The notes beneath the pieces were generated by a model. It did no database searches and was not told where the DNA came from. It saw only the letters and a list, made by a program, of their open reading frames with translations. DNA of 64,000 bases from Candidatus Nanohaloarchaea archaeon (GTDB lineage Archaea > Nanohalarchaeota > Nanosalinia > Nanosalinales > Nanosalinaceae): the NCBI GenBank assembly GCA_042218075.1, contig JBDGRK010000018.1:1388-65387 (forward strand), given 5' to 3'. Of this stretch, positions 61,255 through 64,000 are shown one piece after another. Numbering within the stretch: the first letter of the stretch is position 1; each line of letters opens with the position of its first letter. The position numbers and the translations under genes were made by a program.

Positions 61255-62124
61255 ATGAAAATTTACGTTACCGGAGGTACTGGCTTCGTAGGTTCACACT
61301 TAACCCGGAAACTTCTCGAACAGGATCATGAAGTGACCGTTGGAGGATTGAATCCTGAAAATTCCGTACTGGAACTACCTGAAGAAATTGGAAGAGAAGG
61401 GATTGATGTTACTGATCCCGCCAGTCTTGACTTTGAGGGATACGACTGCGTAATTCATCTAGTGGCGCTCTCCCCGCTGAGGAAACCTCCTGCATCCTAC
61501 AGAGAGGTTCACGTCGAGGGAACCAGAAATGTCGTGGAGGAGGCCGAGAGATCAGGAGTCGACAAATTGGTTCACGTGAGTGCTATAGGTGCGGATCCTG
61601 AAGCAGAAACAGAGTACCTCAGGACGAAAGGAAAGGCGCAGGAAATTGTCGAGGAATCTGAACTTTCTTGGAGGATTTTCAGGCCCTCTATAATGTTTGG
61701 GGAAGGCGGAGAATTCATGGAATTCGTATCTAAGCTTGCGACCCCTTTCTTCACTGTACAGCCAGGCAGAGACACCCTATTCCAGCCTCTCTACGTGGAA
61801 GATATGGTCGAAATGGTTGAAGGGTCTCTACAAGATAAATACAATGGGAAGGTATTCGAGGTCGGAGGACCCGAGAAGCTTTCGCTTGGAAATATTGTAA
61901 GTATGGTTAAGAGGTCAGAGGGAAAGCCTGTGATGGTAGCGAAGCTTCCGGACACTTTCTTCAGGTTGGGAATGGAAGTCTCCGAGAGAATCCCGGTCTC
62001 ACCTTTCGGAATGGACCAGTACAGGTCTCTCCAGTCTCAAAACATAGTGGAGAACAACGACGCAGAAAGACTCGGGAAGAAAGAATCCGAGTTAAAAACA
62101 CTCCGAGAATATCTCGAAGTTTAA
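61255..62124 (+). CDS. NAD(P)-binding epimerase/dehydratase-family protein (NmrA/NDUFA9-like)
   Basis: MKIYVTGGTGFVGSHL Rossmann motif. Confidence 0.8.
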   Translation: MKIYVTGGTGFVGSHLTRKLLEQDHEVTVGGLNPENSVLELPEEIGREGIDVTDPASLDFEGYDCVIHLVALSPLRKPPASYREVHVEGTRNVVEEAERSGVDKLVHVSAIGADPEAETEYLRTKGKAQEIVEESELSWRIFRPSIMFGEGGEFMEFVSKLATPFFTVQPGRDTLFQPLYVEDMVEMVEGSLQDKYNGKVFEVGGPEKLSLGNIVSMVKRSEGKPVMVAKLPDTFFRLGMEVSERIPVSPFGMDQYRSLQSQNIVENNDAERLGKKESELKTLREYLEV

Positions 62125-64000
62125 AACCTTTTCCACGGGAAACCGACAACCCTGGTCTCGTATTCTCCTCCCTCTCCAGCAGGATTAAAGCCGTATTCCC
62201 GCGACAATTCGATCAGTTCCTCGACAGATTCTTCATCAAGCTTTCTGCCCACCCAGCTTTCATTTAGACCCCTCGCCGTTACATCAGTGATCTCTATCTT
62301 GAAGCCCTCATTCACAAGCCACTTCATGTAGTTCTCCTGGTCCTCGCTCCAGAGAGGCGTGAAAACTTTAAGCCCGAGTTCATCGGCTACTCTGTCAACC
62401 CTGTCTCTCTGGTAGGTAGAGGCCAGCGCTCCCGCGACAACTCCCTCAACACTGTATTCTTCAACAGCTCTCCTGAGACCCTCTCTCAGATCTTCCAGCT
62501 CCTCCTCCTTGACTCCTTCAGTCTCCCGAACTATGAGAGGCAACCCCAGCTTATCTGCCTGGTTTTCTATCGCTGATTTGCTCTTCTTCGAATCAAACAT
62601 GTAGCTGTCCTCATTTTCAGATCTCAGGGTCAGGAGGCAGGATATCTGATTGTTCCTCCTCCACATCCTGTAGAGAGCTGCGTTGGAATCCTTCCCGCCT
62701 GATGTCAGCGCAACCAACCGCTTGTTCGGTTCTTCTCTCATCGAGTTTAAGTATTCCTGCTTGTGTTCAAACCCTGCATTTTTTGCTAGCCTGGATATCG
62801 CCTTGTCGAAGTTGGAGCCGTACTGGGCCGCGGTCTTCTCCCTCCAGGCCACCTTCTCCGGAACACCAAGTTTCTCCGCTGCTTTCCTCAGCACGTACTT
62901 CCTGTACTCATTCTCGACCTTCATATCTTCAGGTAGATTGAGTGCGTGCTCCACCAGATCATGGTCCAGGAAGGGAACTCTCAGCTCATAGCCGTTCCTG
63001 AAGCTGATCACGTTATCCCTGTAGAGATCCCTCTCGAACAATGATCGTAGACCAGAGAGACATTCCCTGTTCAGGTAACCCTGGTGTCGATGATAACCCG
63101 CGTATAACTGCTCAGAGCCTAAACCGCTGATCACCACTTTCTCACTTCCATTCAGCGCAAGATGGAAAGGTAGGGCGACACCGTTCTTAACCACTGAAGT
63201 GGAGGAAATCCAGTCAGAGATTTGTGGAAGAGTATCCTCGACTTCCTCGAGATCTGACTCGTGAACCTCAAGATTGATATCCATTTCTTCCGCAACTTCT
63301 CTCGCCCACTCCACATCTCTAGGAGCATTGACGTTTCCATGCTGGATTCCCGAGGTGTAGGCTGTGAAATCTTTACCGAGTTCATGGAGCGATGCAGCTA
63401 TCATGGTGGAGTCAAGTCCGCCAGAGAAAAGAAGAGCAAGATCCTGATCCGGAATTCTCTTTTCCACCGCTTCAAGAAATCTCTGCTTTACTTCTTCCGC
63501 TGCCTCTTCTAGCTGCTTATCCTCATCTACATCAATTTCTAAAAACTCCCTATTCTCCAAACTGATCTCGCCTTCCTCAATATCATACTTCAGTACCTGC
63601 CTCGGATGAAGTTCTCTTATATCCTCAAAACCGGCCTTCTCAAGCGCCTTTTTCTCAGAGGCAAAGGCGAAAGGATTCTCAGAATACCAGACAGGGTTAA
63701 CACCCAGGATATCCCGGGCAAGTACCAATTCTCCCTTTCTTAGATATGTAAAGGCGTAGATTCCGTCCAGTTCCTCAAGAGCATCTAGGCCTTTCCTTTC
63801 AAGTAACTTCAGGAGTAGTTCAGCATCGTTCGCCACTTCCCATCCATACTTATTCGCCAGCTCTCTCCAGTTGTATATCTCGCAGTTGGCTGTTAGAGCA
63901 CCATCCTCCTCCACAGGCTGTTCAACATGACCGACTATAGAGTGTAGAACGTTTCCGAGCGTGAAGTCTTCTTTCTCCCTGAAATTAGAACTCTCTCCAC
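62121..64000 (-). CDS. Asparagine-synthase-like protein (GATase II + PP-loop) fused to a second PP-loop ATP pyrophosphatase domain of the MJ0570/Dph6 type; its 5' end is off the window
   Basis: The frame is open to position 64000 (...GNVLHSIVGHVEQPVEEDGALTANCEIYN). LALLFSGGLDST (AsnB PP-loop). C-terminal RLVALTSGGKDSNAA ... AGEGGEYETRVV (Dph6-like). Confidence 0.75.
   Translation of the reverse strand, partial: GESSNFREKEDFTLGNVLHSIVGHVEQPVEEDGALTANCEIYNWRELANKYGWEVANDAELLLKLLERKGLDALEELDGIYAFTYLRKGELVLARDILGVNPVWYSENPFAFASEKKALEKAGFEDIRELHPRQVLKYDIEEGEISLENREFLEIDVDEDKQLEEAAEEVKQRFLEAVEKRIPDQDLALLFSGGLDSTMIAASLHELGKDFTAYTSGIQHGNVNAPRDVEWAREVAEEMDINLEVHESDLEEVEDTLPQISDWISSTSVVKNGVALPFHLALNGSEKVVISGLGSEQLYAGYHRHQGYLNRECLSGLRSLFERDLYRDNVISFRNGYELRVPFLDHDLVEHALNLPEDMKVENEYRKYVLRKAAEKLGVPEKVAWREKTAAQYGSNFDKAISRLAKNAGFEHKQEYLNSMREEPNKRLVALTSGGKDSNAALYRMWRRNNQISCLLTLRSENEDSYMFDSKKSKSAIENQADKLGLPLIVRETEGVKEEELEDLREGLRRAVEEYSVEGVVAGALASTYQRDRVDRVADELGLKVFTPLWSEDQENYMKWLVNEGFKIEITDVTARGLNESWVGRKLDEESVEELIELSREYGFNPAGEGGEYETRVVGFPWKRF

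Overview
The window is archaeal. Evidence: an archaeal-type Pth2, TruD, EndA, PheS/PheT, TrpRS and GlyRS, an initiator tRNA with an A1:U72 pair, and intron-containing tRNAs. The proteins are strongly acidic, which suggests a halophile, possibly a small-genome DPANN or nanohaloarchaeon-like organism; that placement is a guess. The right two thirds (about 24.7-64 kb) is mostly housekeeping: intein-containing ppsA, truD, pth, herA-like, ndk, pheST, trpS, pgk, glyS, rnhB, endA, three tRNAs, a GT2 synthase operon, and an N-succinyl-amino-acid racemase / M20 / GNAT cluster. The left third (about 1.2-24.7 kb) is a mosaic accessory island with at least 16 toxin-antitoxin-like modules (PIN/VapC, HEPN-MNT, AbiE, RelE-like, DUF3368/UPF0175, DUF433/DUF5615), several of them decayed. 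The most unusual structures are these: (1) a 698-aa secreted tail-fibre-like gene followed by seven degenerating copies of its own 3' end, each separated by one TA cassette, with a second smaller example at 16.7-17.5 kb; (2) rnhB split by a 32-nt insert that folds into a bulge-helix-bulge motif and whose removal restores the catalytic DEAGRGP motif, with endA immediately downstream; (3) two GC-rich structured intergenic RNAs, one with perfect C and D boxes plus a terminal stem; (4) low-GC LAGLIDADG ORFs sitting next to tRNA genes; (5) several selfish or toxin genes each interrupted by a single in-frame stop. All calls come from reading translations and motifs by eye. No database search was run.
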